A DNA stretch of 60,075 nucleotides, filler included. It is 3 parts of 3 records of this genome, joined end to end, with 100 filler letters (N's around TTAATTAATTAA, not from the genome) between each part and the next. Parts side by side here need not be neighbours in the genome. Positions count along the whole stretch, not along the records: positions 28,371 to 52,106 come from DRR723986_3132; positions 52,207 to 60,075 come from DRR723986_3133; 1 more part is not named here. One strand, 5' to 3'. Shown here piece by piece: positions 49,086 to 58,612 of the stretch. Under the pieces are notes generated by a model that saw nothing but the letters and a program-made list of their open reading frames with translations, ran no database searches and had not been told where the DNA came from. Both the position numbers and the translations under genes were made by a program. Within the stretch, counting starts at the first letter, position 1; the number at the start of each line of letters is the position of its first letter.

Positions 49086-50999
49086 ATGCCAGGTGCGCAA
49101 CTGAAGCCCGCATCAAGTTGGGCAAAACGACTTGGACTGTTTTATGTATTGGCCGTGTGTATCGCATTAAGCGGTGCAGCCTTGCTTTCTTATCAAATTG
49201 CCAAGGCCACCCCCACCGATCCCAGCGCGATTGAATTGACCATGGCGCGTTTTTCAACGCACATTGATTACCAAACCGCCCCCCCTTCGCACCTGGCTTC
49301 AGCCCCGGTGGTGCTGTTGCCCCACCGAATCGACGACAAACTGCAGGGTCCGGGCGGTTTTTACTGGTATGAAATGGACTTCACCGTATTGCCAGAGAGC
49401 CGAATTGAGGCGCTTTACATTCCCCGCTTTGCGATGAATGCCGAGGTGTACTTGAATAGGGAGCGAATTGGTTACTTCGGTCCCATGACAGGCGAGTACG
49501 CCGAGCGCAACTGGAATCGCCCCCAAATTCTGAATTTGGGTGCCCGTGTGCTGCAGCCCGGCAAAAACACACTGGCCATTCAAGTGCGCGCCTTTCCCGA
49601 CTATTTGGCGGGCTTGTCTTCAGTGTGGCTGGGCTCTGACGAGAACCTTCGAGAAGCTTACCGGTCACGTTACGAAGTGCAGGTGACATCGGTTTACCTG
49701 AGTACCGCCTTTGTGCTGGGGGCGGGAATTGTGCTGACCATCCTGATCGGCATGGGCAAAACCCGTAGCGGCTTGCTCACGCTGCTGGCCGCCACCTGTT
49801 TTTTGTGGGGTATCCGAAACCTCGCATTCTTGACCACGGAACCACCAGTTGAGCACGGCTTGTGGATTCAAATTACCCAAGGCGGTTTGCTGGTGTTTGC
49901 CAGTGTGATTGTGCTGCTGATCCTTTTGTACTGCCGTGTGCCCAAACACCGGCTTGAATGGAAAATATGGGGCGCCTACACAGCCAGTTTTCCCGTGCTG
50001 CTGATGATCAATGAAAACTGGGCTCTTCGCCTGGTGGGTTATTACGGCATTCTTGGCTTGTGCATGTACAGCTGGAATGTGATCCAGCTGATGCGCTATG
50101 GCAACACCAAACAATCGCTGGCTCCGCATGCATTTGGATTCGGCCTGCTTTGTTACATGGCCTTGAGTGTGTCCGATCTGCTTTTTCTCGCCGGGATTTT
50201 GCCTTTCGATGGTTACTTTCTGAATCAGTACATGGGTATCGCCATGTTTCTGGCCATGAGCTACTTTTTGATCGACCGTTACAGTGGTTTGCTGGCTGAA
50301 TCGGACCGCTTCAACGAAACACTTCAAAGCCGCCTGATGGAGCGCGAGGCCGAACTGGCTGCGCAATACCAGCGCATGCAAAAAATAGATGAAGAAAAGG
50401 TGAAAATGGCTGAGCGTCAACGTTTGATGGCCGACATGCACGATGGCTTGGGTGCCCACCTGGTAGCCGCCATTCACCACCTGCAATCCTCGAACTTCAA
50501 CCGCAAAAACACCTTGAACCTGCTTGAATCGGGGTTGCGGGATTTGCAATTGACGATTGACTCGCTTGAGCCAATCGAAGAAGACCTGACCACCTTGCTC
50601 GGTGCGTTCCGTTACCGGATTGCAGACAATATGCGCAGTGCTGGCATTCGACTGCATTGGGTCATCGATCAGGACATCCCTACCATTCCCTACCTGGATG
50701 CGCGCAACTGTCTTCATGTTCTGCGGATTGTTCAGGAAATTTTCACCAACATTTTGAAACACGCCAACGCCAGCGAAGTAAGCTTGCATGTATCAAGGGG
50801 ACCAAAATATGTGGGTGTTCAGATTCAAGACAACGGCGTAGGATTCGTGATGGAAAGAAGCCAGCACGGCAGGGGTTTGAAAAACCTGAAACAACGTGCA
50901 AATGCTTTGGGAGGTAGTATCAATATTCATTCCGAGGCTGGGCAAGGCGCCCGTTTTCTGCTCAAATTACCCTTGGATACACCAATCGGCAAACCATGA
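49086..50999 (+). CDS. HisKA_3 sensor kinase with extracytoplasmic beta-sandwich and about 7 TM (7TM-DISM-like)
   Basis: VLLPH...WY...VYLN...G...N.L.I.V sensory domain, multi-TM region, ERQRLMADMHDGLG H-box, QEIFTNILKHA, DNGVG and GRGL. Confidence 0.9.
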   Translation: MPGAQLKPASSWAKRLGLFYVLAVCIALSGAALLSYQIAKATPTDPSAIELTMARFSTHIDYQTAPPSHLASAPVVLLPHRIDDKLQGPGGFYWYEMDFTVLPESRIEALYIPRFAMNAEVYLNRERIGYFGPMTGEYAERNWNRPQILNLGARVLQPGKNTLAIQVRAFPDYLAGLSSVWLGSDENLREAYRSRYEVQVTSVYLSTAFVLGAGIVLTILIGMGKTRSGLLTLLAATCFLWGIRNLAFLTTEPPVEHGLWIQITQGGLLVFASVIVLLILLYCRVPKHRLEWKIWGAYTASFPVLLMINENWALRLVGYYGILGLCMYSWNVIQLMRYGNTKQSLAPHAFGFGLLCYMALSVSDLLFLAGILPFDGYFLNQYMGIAMFLAMSYFLIDRYSGLLAESDRFNETLQSRLMEREAELAAQYQRMQKIDEEKVKMAERQRLMADMHDGLGAHLVAAIHHLQSSNFNRKNTLNLLESGLRDLQLTIDSLEPIEEDLTTLLGAFRYRIADNMRSAGIRLHWVIDQDIPTIPYLDARNCLHVLRIVQEIFTNILKHANASEVSLHVSRGPKYVGVQIQDNGVGFVMERSQHGRGLKNLKQRANALGGSINIHSEAGQGARFLLKLPLDTPIGKP

Positions 51000-51709
51000 A
51001 CGCGCGAGATCTCGATCACATTGAAGCCAAGCCGGTCGGCGTGATCTTGGTCGAGGATGAACCCGCCACACAAGATCACCTCACCCGCGTCATTGACTCC
51101 TCCCCACACATGAAGCTGTTGGGCGTGGCCAGCACTGTTCAGGACGCCTATTCCCTGTTGTTCATGACCAACCCGAAGGTGGCATTGATCGACCTGGGTT
51201 TACCAGACTCGTCGGGCATTGAAGTCATCGAGTGGCTAAGCAAACACAAACCCGAAACAGAATGCCTGGTCATCACAGCATTTGGTGATGAAGACCATGT
51301 CGTGCGAAGTCTTGAAGCTGGCGCAAGCGGTTACCTGCTTAAGGATTATTCCAACGAAGAATTGATTGAGCACATTCTGGAAGTGGCCAACGGGGGCTCG
51401 CCCATCAGCCCACTGATTGCGCGCCAATTGTTGTCAAAAATGCAAACTCCTCGCGTTTGTGACGCAGATTATGCTCAAACCAAGGCCGATCTGGATGAAT
51501 CGCAAAAGGCCTGCAGCATTACCGATCGGGAATTGAAGGTGATTCAACAAGTGGCCCGCGGTTTTACCGCACAGGAAATTGCAGCGCAAATGGGTATTTC
51601 AACCCACACAGTTGCAACCCACGTGAAGCGTATTTACAAGAAACTGCACGTGCATAGCAGGTCTGAGGCAGTGTATGAAGCCACCCTGTTGGGACTGCTT
51701 GACCTTTGA
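50996..51709 (+). CDS. Second NarL/LuxR-family response regulator (paralog of 48368-49081)
   Basis: VEDE, DLGLPDSSG, GGSPISP.IAR.LL and LuxR HTH; ATGA overlap with the kinase. Confidence 0.93.
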   Translation: MNARDLDHIEAKPVGVILVEDEPATQDHLTRVIDSSPHMKLLGVASTVQDAYSLLFMTNPKVALIDLGLPDSSGIEVIEWLSKHKPETECLVITAFGDEDHVVRSLEAGASGYLLKDYSNEELIEHILEVANGGSPISPLIARQLLSKMQTPRVCDADYAQTKADLDESQKACSITDRELKVIQQVARGFTAQEIAAQMGISTHTVATHVKRIYKKLHVHSRSEAVYEATLLGLLDL

Positions 51710-52106
51710 ATCCGGAATCTGCTGATCGCCTGTTCACCGGGCGCTTCTTAATTCTTTTTCTGGCGACGTTGCTGGTGGCCTTGTTGGGCACGTTCAAGGC
51801 AGCACTGCCCGCGCTAGGCGATGAATATTCACATCAGCAGGCCTACATGTTTCAGCAGGCCAAGGTGCTTTTCTCCAGTGATCCCACATTAAGCGCCAGC
51901 GAGGTATTGGCGCTGAACGCCAAAAAAACCGTGGTGCTTCCCGATTCCTGGGACACCACGCAACCTGAGTTTGAAGGCCAGGGCTGGTATCAAATCGATT
52001 TCCGCCTGAGTCCTGACAAACCTGTTCCCAGCGCGGTTTTCATGCCACGGGCGATCATGAATGCTCACGCTTATCTCAATGGCCATTGGATCGGTGGCTT
52101 GGGAAC
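51706..52106 (+). CDS. Probable second 7TM-DISM-like sensor kinase, 3'-truncated by the contig end
   Basis: N-terminal TM then VVLPDSW...GWYQIDF...FMPRAIMNAHAYLNG, which parallels the sensory domain of 49086-50999; the kinase core is not visible. Confidence 0.75.
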
Positions 52107-52206
52107 NNNNNNNNNNNNNNNNNNNNNNNNNNNNNNNNNNNNNNNNNNNNTTAATTAATTAANNNNNNNNNNNNNNNNNNNNNNNNNNNNNNNNNNNNNN
52201 NNNNNN
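52107..52206. other. Artificial contig-joining spacer
   Basis: N44-TTAATTAATTAA-N44, identical in design to the first; abrupt GC increase after it. Confidence 0.99.
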
Positions 52207-52207
52207 G

Positions 52208-53416
52208 GCGGCCTCCGGCGCGCTTCTGGATCTCGCGCCTGCCTTCGTCGAGGGCGGGCAGGTGGCGGCGGGGCAGCTTTTGGCGCGGATCGACCCGGCC
52301 AGCGCGCAATCGGCCTTGGACCGGGCCGAAAGCGACCTGCTGGATGCCCGCGCCGAGCAGCGCGAGGCAGAGCGCGCCATCGTCCTTGCCCGGGACGAGC
52401 TGACCGCCGCCGAAGAGCAGGTCGCCCTGCGCGAACAGGCGCTGGAGCGGGCGCGCGGGTTGCTGGACCGCCGCGTTGGGACGGCGGCCACGGTCGAGGA
52501 TGCAGAGCTTGCGCTGTCTTCGGCGCGGCAGTCCGTTCTGACCCGCCGGCAGGCGGTGGCCACCGCAGAGGCGCGCATCGATCAGGCGGCGACGGCGCTT
52601 CGGCGCGGCGAGATCGCCGTGGAAGAGGCGCAGCGCGCAGTGGATGACACGGAGGTCCGCGCGGCCTTTGGCGGCACCCTGTCGGATGTGACGGTGGTGG
52701 CCGGGCGGCTGGTCTCTGCCAACGAGCAATTGGCGCGGCTGGTCGATCCGCAGGCGCTGGAAGTGGCCTTCCGCGTCTCGACCCAGCAATACGCCCGGCT
52801 TCTGACCGAGACGGGGCGCCTGCAGGAGATGCCGGTGACGGTCACTCTGGACGTCTACGGCACCAACCTGACCGCGACGGGCCATGTCTCGCGCGACGGG
52901 GCGGCGGTGGGCGAGGGTCAGACCGGGCGGCTTCTCTTTGCGACGCTGGAGGCGCCGCGCGGCTTCAAGCCCGGCGATTTCGTCACCGTCGCCATCGAGG
53001 AGCCCGAGGTGCGCGACGTGATCCGCCTGCCCGCGACGGCGTTGAACGCGGGTGCCGAGGTGCTGGTGCTGGGCGAGGGTTCCCGGCTTGAGGCGGTGAC
53101 CGTGGATCTGGTGCGCCGTCAGGGCGATTCGGTGCTGGTGCGTTCCGCTGCCCTGTCCGGGCGGCAGGTGGTGGCCGAGCGCACGCCGCTTCTGGGCGCG
53201 GGCATCCGGGTGGAGCCGGTGGGCGGCGCCGGGGACGCGCCCGAGGCGCCCGCCATGGTCGAACTCAGCGACGAGCGGCGGGCGCGGCTGGTGGCTTTCG
53301 TCGAGGCGAACAGCCGGATGCCGGAAGAGGCGCGCGCGCGTCTTCTGGCGCAGCTGGCGGAACCGCAGGTGCCGGCCGAGACGGTCGCTCGCATCGAGCA
53401 GCGGATGGGGGGTTAG
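52208..53416 (+). CDS. RND efflux periplasmic adaptor (membrane fusion protein), 5'-truncated
   Basis: Lipoyl half-motifs (EGGQVAAGQLLARID; VRAAFGG...V.AG..V), alpha-hairpin, PGDFV and LPATAL. Confidence 0.9.
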   Translation, partial: AASGALLDLAPAFVEGGQVAAGQLLARIDPASAQSALDRAESDLLDARAEQREAERAIVLARDELTAAEEQVALREQALERARGLLDRRVGTAATVEDAELALSSARQSVLTRRQAVATAEARIDQAATALRRGEIAVEEAQRAVDDTEVRAAFGGTLSDVTVVAGRLVSANEQLARLVDPQALEVAFRVSTQQYARLLTETGRLQEMPVTVTLDVYGTNLTATGHVSRDGAAVGEGQTGRLLFATLEAPRGFKPGDFVTVAIEEPEVRDVIRLPATALNAGAEVLVLGEGSRLEAVTVDLVRRQGDSVLVRSAALSGRQVVAERTPLLGAGIRVEPVGGAGDAPEAPAMVELSDERRARLVAFVEANSRMPEEARARLLAQLAEPQVPAETVARIEQRMGG

Positions 53417-53420
53417 GGCC

Positions 53421-56400
53421 ATGGTGCGTTCCCTGAACCGCTCTGCCGGGGGTGTCTTCGGCTATTTCACGCGGCACCCGACGCTGGCGAACCTGCTTCT
53501 GGTGATCCTGCTGACCTCGGGCGCCATGGCGATCCCCAACATGCGGGCGCAGTTCTTTCCCGACGTCGTCGTCGACGAGGTCTCCGTCTCGGTCAGCTGG
53601 GACGGGGCCGGGGCCGAGGACGTGGACAGCGCCATCGTGCAGGTGCTGGAACCGGCGCTTCTGGCGGTCGAGGGGGTCGAGGCCTCCGAAGCGACCTCTC
53701 GCGAGGGATCGGCGCGGGTGGATCTGGAATTCGAGCCGGGCTGGGACATCGCCCGCGCCGTGGACGACGTGCAGCAAGCGGTGGACGCGCTGACCAACCT
53801 GCCCGAAGAGGCCGACGACCCGCGCGTCAGCCGCGGCGGCTGGAGCGACCGGGTGACGGACCTCGTCATCACCGGGCCGGTGGGCGTCGACCAGTTGGCG
53901 CGGTTCTCGGACGAGTTGGTCGTCCAGCTGTTCGCCGAGGGCGTGACGCAGACCACGATCCGGGGCCTTGCCGCGCCGCGCACGCTGGTCGAGGTGCCCT
54001 CGCAGAACCTGATCGCCTTCGACGTGACGCTGGCCGAGATCTCGGAGGCCATCGCCGCCGAGGTGGATGCCGATCCCGCGGGGGATGTCGGCGGCAGCGG
54101 CGCGCGGGTGCGCACCGGGGTCGAGAAACGCTCTGCCGACGATATCGCGGGGATCGTGCTGCGATCGAACCCCGACGGCTCCAAGCTGACCGTGGGCGAG
54201 GTGGCGCGCATCCGGGTCGAGGGCGTGGACCGTGACCGCAGCTATTTCGTCGGCGACCATCCGGCGATATCGATCCGGGTAGACCGCTCGGCGCGCGGTG
54301 ATGCCATCGGCATCCAGCGCACGGTCGAAGAGGTGGCGCGGACCTATCAGGCCTCGCTGCCCGAGGGGGTGAGCATCGACCTGATCCGCACCCGGGCCGA
54401 GGCGATCACCGGGCGGCTCGACATCCTCGTGGACAACGCGGCCTCCGGGCTGGTTCTGGTGGTGGTGCTGCTGTTCCTCTTCCTGAACGCGCGCACGGCC
54501 TTCTGGGTGGCGGCGGGGATTCCGACCTCCATGCTGGCGGCGATCGCGCTGATGTATGCCTTCGGCCTGACCATCAACATGATCTCGCTCTTCGCGCTCA
54601 TCATCACGCTGGGCATCGTGGTCGACGACGCCATCGTGGTGGGCGAACACACCGACCACCTCGCCCGCAAGGGGCTGGACGGCCATGACGCCGCCGAGAC
54701 CGCCGCCCGGCGCATGGCCCTGCCGGTCTTCTCGGCCACGCTGACCACGGTGATCGCCTTCTTCGGGCTGACCGCCATTTCTGGCCGCTTCGGAGAGATG
54801 ATCGCCGACATTCCCTTCACCGTGATCGTGGTGCTGCTGGCCAGCCTCGTCGAATGTTTCCTGATCCTGCCCAACCACATGGCCCACGCTGTGAAACATT
54901 CCGCCCGCGAGCATTGGTACGACCTGCCCTCGCGGCTGGTGAACCGGGGCTTCGTCCGGGTCCGCGAAGGGCTGTTCCGGCCCCTGATGCGGCTGGTCAT
55001 CGCCGGGCGCTATGTCGTGCTTGCGGGCGCCGTCGTGCTGCTGGCGGCCAATGCGGCGCTGCTGATCCGGGGTGACGTGCCGTGGCGCTTCTTCAACTCG
55101 CCCGAGCAGGCCTCCGTCACCGGCAACTTCGCCATGGCGCCCGGCGCCACGAAAGAGGATACGCTGGCGCAGATGCGCATGTTCCAGCGCGCCGCCGAAG
55201 AGCTGGGCCGCGAATACGAGGAACGCCACGGGCTCGATCCCTTTGCTTATGTCATGGCCGAGATCGGCGGCAACGCGGGCCGCGCGCTGGCCGGCACCGA
55301 CAGCAAGGAAAGCTGGCAACTGGGCGGCATCTCGATCGAACTGATCGAGGCGGACCTGCGCCCCTATTCCTCTTTCTCGCTGGTGGCAGAGCTGGAAGAG
55401 CGGGTCGAGCGGCATCCCATGGTCGAAACGATCTCTTTCCGGGGCTGGCGCTCTGGTCCGGGCGGCGATGCGCTGGACGTGCAGTTCTTCGGCGCCAGCG
55501 CAGAGGTGCTGAAACGCGCCTCGGAGGATCTGAAAGAGGCCATGGCGCGCTTCCCCGAGGTTTCTGCGGTCGAGGACAACCTGTCCTACGACAAGGACGA
55601 GATGATCCTCGAACTGACGCCGCAGGGGCAGGCGCTGGGCTTCGACACCGACGGGCTGGGGCGCGAATTGCGCAGCCGCCTGAACGGGATAGAGGCGGCG
55701 ACCTATCCCGACGGGCCGCGCAGCGCAGAGATCCGCGTCGAACTCCCCGAGGACGAGCTGAAGGCGGATTTCCTCGAAACCACGCTGATGCGCACACCGG
55801 GCGGCGCCTATGTGCCCCTGGCCGACATCGTCAGCGTGCAGCAGCGCACCGGCTTTTCTACCGTCCGGCGCGAGAACGGCGTGCGGCTGATTTCCGTCAC
55901 CGGCGACATCTCCGAGGACGATCCGGCCCGCGCCACGGAGGTCATGACGGCCCTGCAGGAGGATATCCTGCCCGCCATCGCCGCGCGGCGTCAGGTGGAT
56001 TACGCGCTCTCCGGCCTGTCCGAGCAGGAGGACCAGTTCCTCGCCGACGCGCGCACGGGGCTGACGCTGGTGCTTCTGGGGATCTACCTCGTTCTGGCCT
56101 GGGTCTTTGCCAGCTGGACGCGGCCCTTCGTGGTCATGGCGATCATCCCCTTCGGTCTGGTGGGCACCATCTACGGCCACAGCCTCTGGGAGGTGCCGAT
56201 GAGCATGTTCACGGTCGTGGGCCTTCTGGGGATGACCGGGATCATCATCAACGATTCGATCGTGCTGGTGACGCAGATCGACGAATACGCCGCCGAGCGC
56301 GGGCTGGTCCCCTCGATCATCGACGGCGCGGCGGACCGGCTGCGGCCGGTGTTCCTGACCACCGCCACGACGGTGCTGGGGCTGGCGCCGCTGCTGTACG

Positions 56401-56819
56401 AACGCTCTGCCGATGCGCAGTTCCTGAAACCCACGGTCATCACGCTGGTCTACGGGCTGGGCTTCGGCATGGTGCTGGTGCTGCTGGTGGTGCCTGCGCT
56501 GGTGGCGGTGCAGCATGACCTTGCGCGCTTCGCCGCGGCGGCGCGGCGGGGACTGCGGTTCCGCCTAGGCCGGGTGCGGGCGCTGATGGTCGGCGCGGCG
56601 GTGACGGTCGTGGCATGGCTGGCGGCGACGCTGGGGCATGTGGCGGTGACGGGCGCCTTGCCCGCCGTCCTGCAGCCGCTCGTGCCGGAGGGGGCAGAGC
56701 CCCTGAACGCGGCCCTGCTGCTCTTCGTGGCGGGGATCGCGGCGCTGGTGGCGGTGCTTTACGCGGTGGGCGCCTTGGTGGTCGTGATCGGACGCGGTCG
56801 GCGGATCGAGGCGGCCTGA
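53421..56819 (+). CDS. RND efflux permease (AcrB/AcrD/AcrF family)
   Basis: HP..ANLL, GIVVDDAIVVGE and RLRPVFLTT motifs; 12-TM architecture with two large periplasmic loops. Confidence 0.96.
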   Translation: MVRSLNRSAGGVFGYFTRHPTLANLLLVILLTSGAMAIPNMRAQFFPDVVVDEVSVSVSWDGAGAEDVDSAIVQVLEPALLAVEGVEASEATSREGSARVDLEFEPGWDIARAVDDVQQAVDALTNLPEEADDPRVSRGGWSDRVTDLVITGPVGVDQLARFSDELVVQLFAEGVTQTTIRGLAAPRTLVEVPSQNLIAFDVTLAEISEAIAAEVDADPAGDVGGSGARVRTGVEKRSADDIAGIVLRSNPDGSKLTVGEVARIRVEGVDRDRSYFVGDHPAISIRVDRSARGDAIGIQRTVEEVARTYQASLPEGVSIDLIRTRAEAITGRLDILVDNAASGLVLVVVLLFLFLNARTAFWVAAGIPTSMLAAIALMYAFGLTINMISLFALIITLGIVVDDAIVVGEHTDHLARKGLDGHDAAETAARRMALPVFSATLTTVIAFFGLTAISGRFGEMIADIPFTVIVVLLASLVECFLILPNHMAHAVKHSAREHWYDLPSRLVNRGFVRVREGLFRPLMRLVIAGRYVVLAGAVVLLAANAALLIRGDVPWRFFNSPEQASVTGNFAMAPGATKEDTLAQMRMFQRAAEELGREYEERHGLDPFAYVMAEIGGNAGRALAGTDSKESWQLGGISIELIEADLRPYSSFSLVAELEERVERHPMVETISFRGWRSGPGGDALDVQFFGASAEVLKRASEDLKEAMARFPEVSAVEDNLSYDKDEMILELTPQGQALGFDTDGLGRELRSRLNGIEAATYPDGPRSAEIRVELPEDELKADFLETTLMRTPGGAYVPLADIVSVQQRTGFSTVRRENGVRLISVTGDISEDDPARATEVMTALQEDILPAIAARRQVDYALSGLSEQEDQFLADARTGLTLVLLGIYLVLAWVFASWTRPFVVMAIIPFGLVGTIYGHSLWEVPMSMFTVVGLLGMTGIIINDSIVLVTQIDEYAAERGLVPSIIDGAADRLRPVFLTTATTVLGLAPLLYERSADAQFLKPTVITLVYGLGFGMVLVLLVVPALVAVQHDLARFAAAARRGLRFRLGRVRALMVGAAVTVVAWLAATLGHVAVTGALPAVLQPLVPEGAEPLNAALLLFVAGIAALVAVLYAVGALVVVIGRGRRIEAA

Positions 56820-56954
56820 GGCGCTCCGGGACGGCTGATGGACCAGTGCCGCGCCGGGGCCAGCCCGGTCGCGCCGCCTTGGTCAGCGCCCGCACATACC
56901 GAGTGCGGTCCCGACGCGGCACATAGGGCAGGGAAGCGAGTGGCCCGATCGGGC

Positions 56955-57755
56955 TCAGCCGGTGCAGCCCCGAAGCTCCACCGGCATGGCGCCGCCCAGC
57001 ACCGTGATCCGCAACGCCGAGCGGTCCAGCGCAAAGGCCCCGCCCGAGGCATGGCGCACGCTGGTCCGCGCGACAAGGCGGCCCCCGCTCCATTCCGTTT
57101 CGGGGTCGGCGACCCACAAGGCCGGGTCGTTGGTCTCTATCACCGTCTCTTCGCGCCCGCTGCCGCGCGGCATGTCGATGGCCACCTCCAGAGCGACACC
57201 CCTGCGGGCGGGCGCCATGCGGCAGGAGACGCCGCGCACCCCGGCCTCCGGCCCGGTGAAGGGCAGCGAGGCAAGCGCGGCGGCAATCACCGGATCGGGC
57301 CGCGTGGCGGCGGCGGGCAGGTCGACAGAGACCCGCACGCGGTGCGGCATGCAGACGTCCTTGCAGATGCCGATGTCGATGACGCCGCCAAGACGGGCCG
57401 CCTGCCGGGCGTCCTTCAGGGTCACGCGCAGGGGCAGGACCAGCTCTTCCTTGTACCCGATCGAGCGCATCCCGGACTGCCAGAAGACCACCGGCGCGGG
57501 CCATTCGGGCCGGATCGCGCGGATGTTGCGGCTGCCCTGCCATTGGAACTCCGGCGGGATGCCGGCGTCGCCGGGCGTGCGCCAGTAGGTCTTCCATCCG
57601 GGCGCGAGACGCAAGTGCAGGGCGGCCATGTGCTGCCCGTCGGACAGGCGCCAGCCGGGGCGCAACTCTGCCGTCACGAGGTTGTCGTAGCTTTCGGCCC
57701 GGGCGGGGGCGGCGAAAGACAGGATCAGGGCAAGCAGGGTCAGAAGGCGGATCAT
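56955..57755 (-). CDS. Exported DsbD N-terminal-like domain protein
   Basis: Signal peptide, GWKTYWRTPGDAGIPP and CxxxC (ICKDVCMP). Confidence 0.85.
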   Translation of the reverse strand: MIRLLTLLALILSFAAPARAESYDNLVTAELRPGWRLSDGQHMAALHLRLAPGWKTYWRTPGDAGIPPEFQWQGSRNIRAIRPEWPAPVVFWQSGMRSIGYKEELVLPLRVTLKDARQAARLGGVIDIGICKDVCMPHRVRVSVDLPAAATRPDPVIAAALASLPFTGPEAGVRGVSCRMAPARRGVALEVAIDMPRGSGREETVIETNDPALWVADPETEWSGGRLVARTSVRHASGGAFALDRSALRITVLGGAMPVELRGCTG

Positions 57756-57923
57756 CCCCTTCAGATGGCGAGTCCCCGCTGAAATGAAAAGTCACGCTTT
57801 GGCGATGGTCCCGTGTCGGGGCCGGGCGGTGGCCGCGCGGACACGGGCGCCCTTGTCAGTCCGCACCCGCGGGGCCATGTTCAGAGCATGACAGGACCAG
57901 ACGAGGCGCAGGGCAGCGCGGCC

Positions 57924-58496
57924 ATGATGACAACGGCGCCGACCAATCTGACGGGGCATATGCTGATCGCCATGCCCGGCATGGGCGATCCGCGCTTCGA
58001 ACAAAGCGTGGTGTTCCTTTGCGACCACTCGGACGAGGGGGCCATGGGGCTGATCGTCAACAAGCCCAACACCGACATCGAACTGCCGGCCCTGCTGGAA
58101 CAGCTGGATATTTCCGTCGAATCCGATCTTGCCGGGCGGCAGGTGCATTTTGGCGGTCCCGTCGAGATGGGGCGCGGTTTCGTCCTGCATACGCCGGACT
58201 ACGAATCGGTGGTGACGACGCTGGAGGTCCGGGACGATATCCACATGACCGCGACGCTGGACGTGCTCGAGGATCTCGGCCGCGGCGAGGGGCCGGACAA
58301 GTGGCTGATGCTACTGGGCTATGCCGGCTGGGGGCCGGGCCAACTGGAACGCGAGATCGCGCAGAACGGCTGGCTGGTCTGCGACGCCACCACGGGTTTG
58401 GTCTTCGACGAGGGCGACATGGACAAATGGACGGCGGCGCTGCAGTCGATCGGGGTGGCGCCGGTGGCGCTGTCCTCGGAGGGCGGGCGCGCCTGA
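57924..58496 (+). CDS. YqgE/AlgH family protein
   Basis: LIAMPGMGDPRF, GAMGLIVNKP, GGPV and GYAGWGPGQLE.E...N.W motifs; start 57924 or 57888. Confidence 0.95.
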   Translation: MMTTAPTNLTGHMLIAMPGMGDPRFEQSVVFLCDHSDEGAMGLIVNKPNTDIELPALLEQLDISVESDLAGRQVHFGGPVEMGRGFVLHTPDYESVVTTLEVRDDIHMTATLDVLEDLGRGEGPDKWLMLLGYAGWGPGQLEREIAQNGWLVCDATTGLVFDEGDMDKWTAALQSIGVAPVALSSEGGRA

Positions 58497-58612
58497 CGGC
58501 GGCCACCGCCTGCCGCCACTCCACGCTCGTACCAAGCGACATCCCGAAGGCAGCAAGGCCGCAGATGCGGCGCGGCCCCGGTTCTGCCCGACAGACAGCC
58601 GCCCGCCGCGTC

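Noticed and set aside
53265..56516. 1083-aa antisense ORF over the RND permease, plus other long overlapping ORFs in 52151-59572
   Set aside because: Shadow ORFs expected from high-GC codon bias; Arg/His/Gly-rich with no motifs, while the opposite strand encodes clear conserved proteins.
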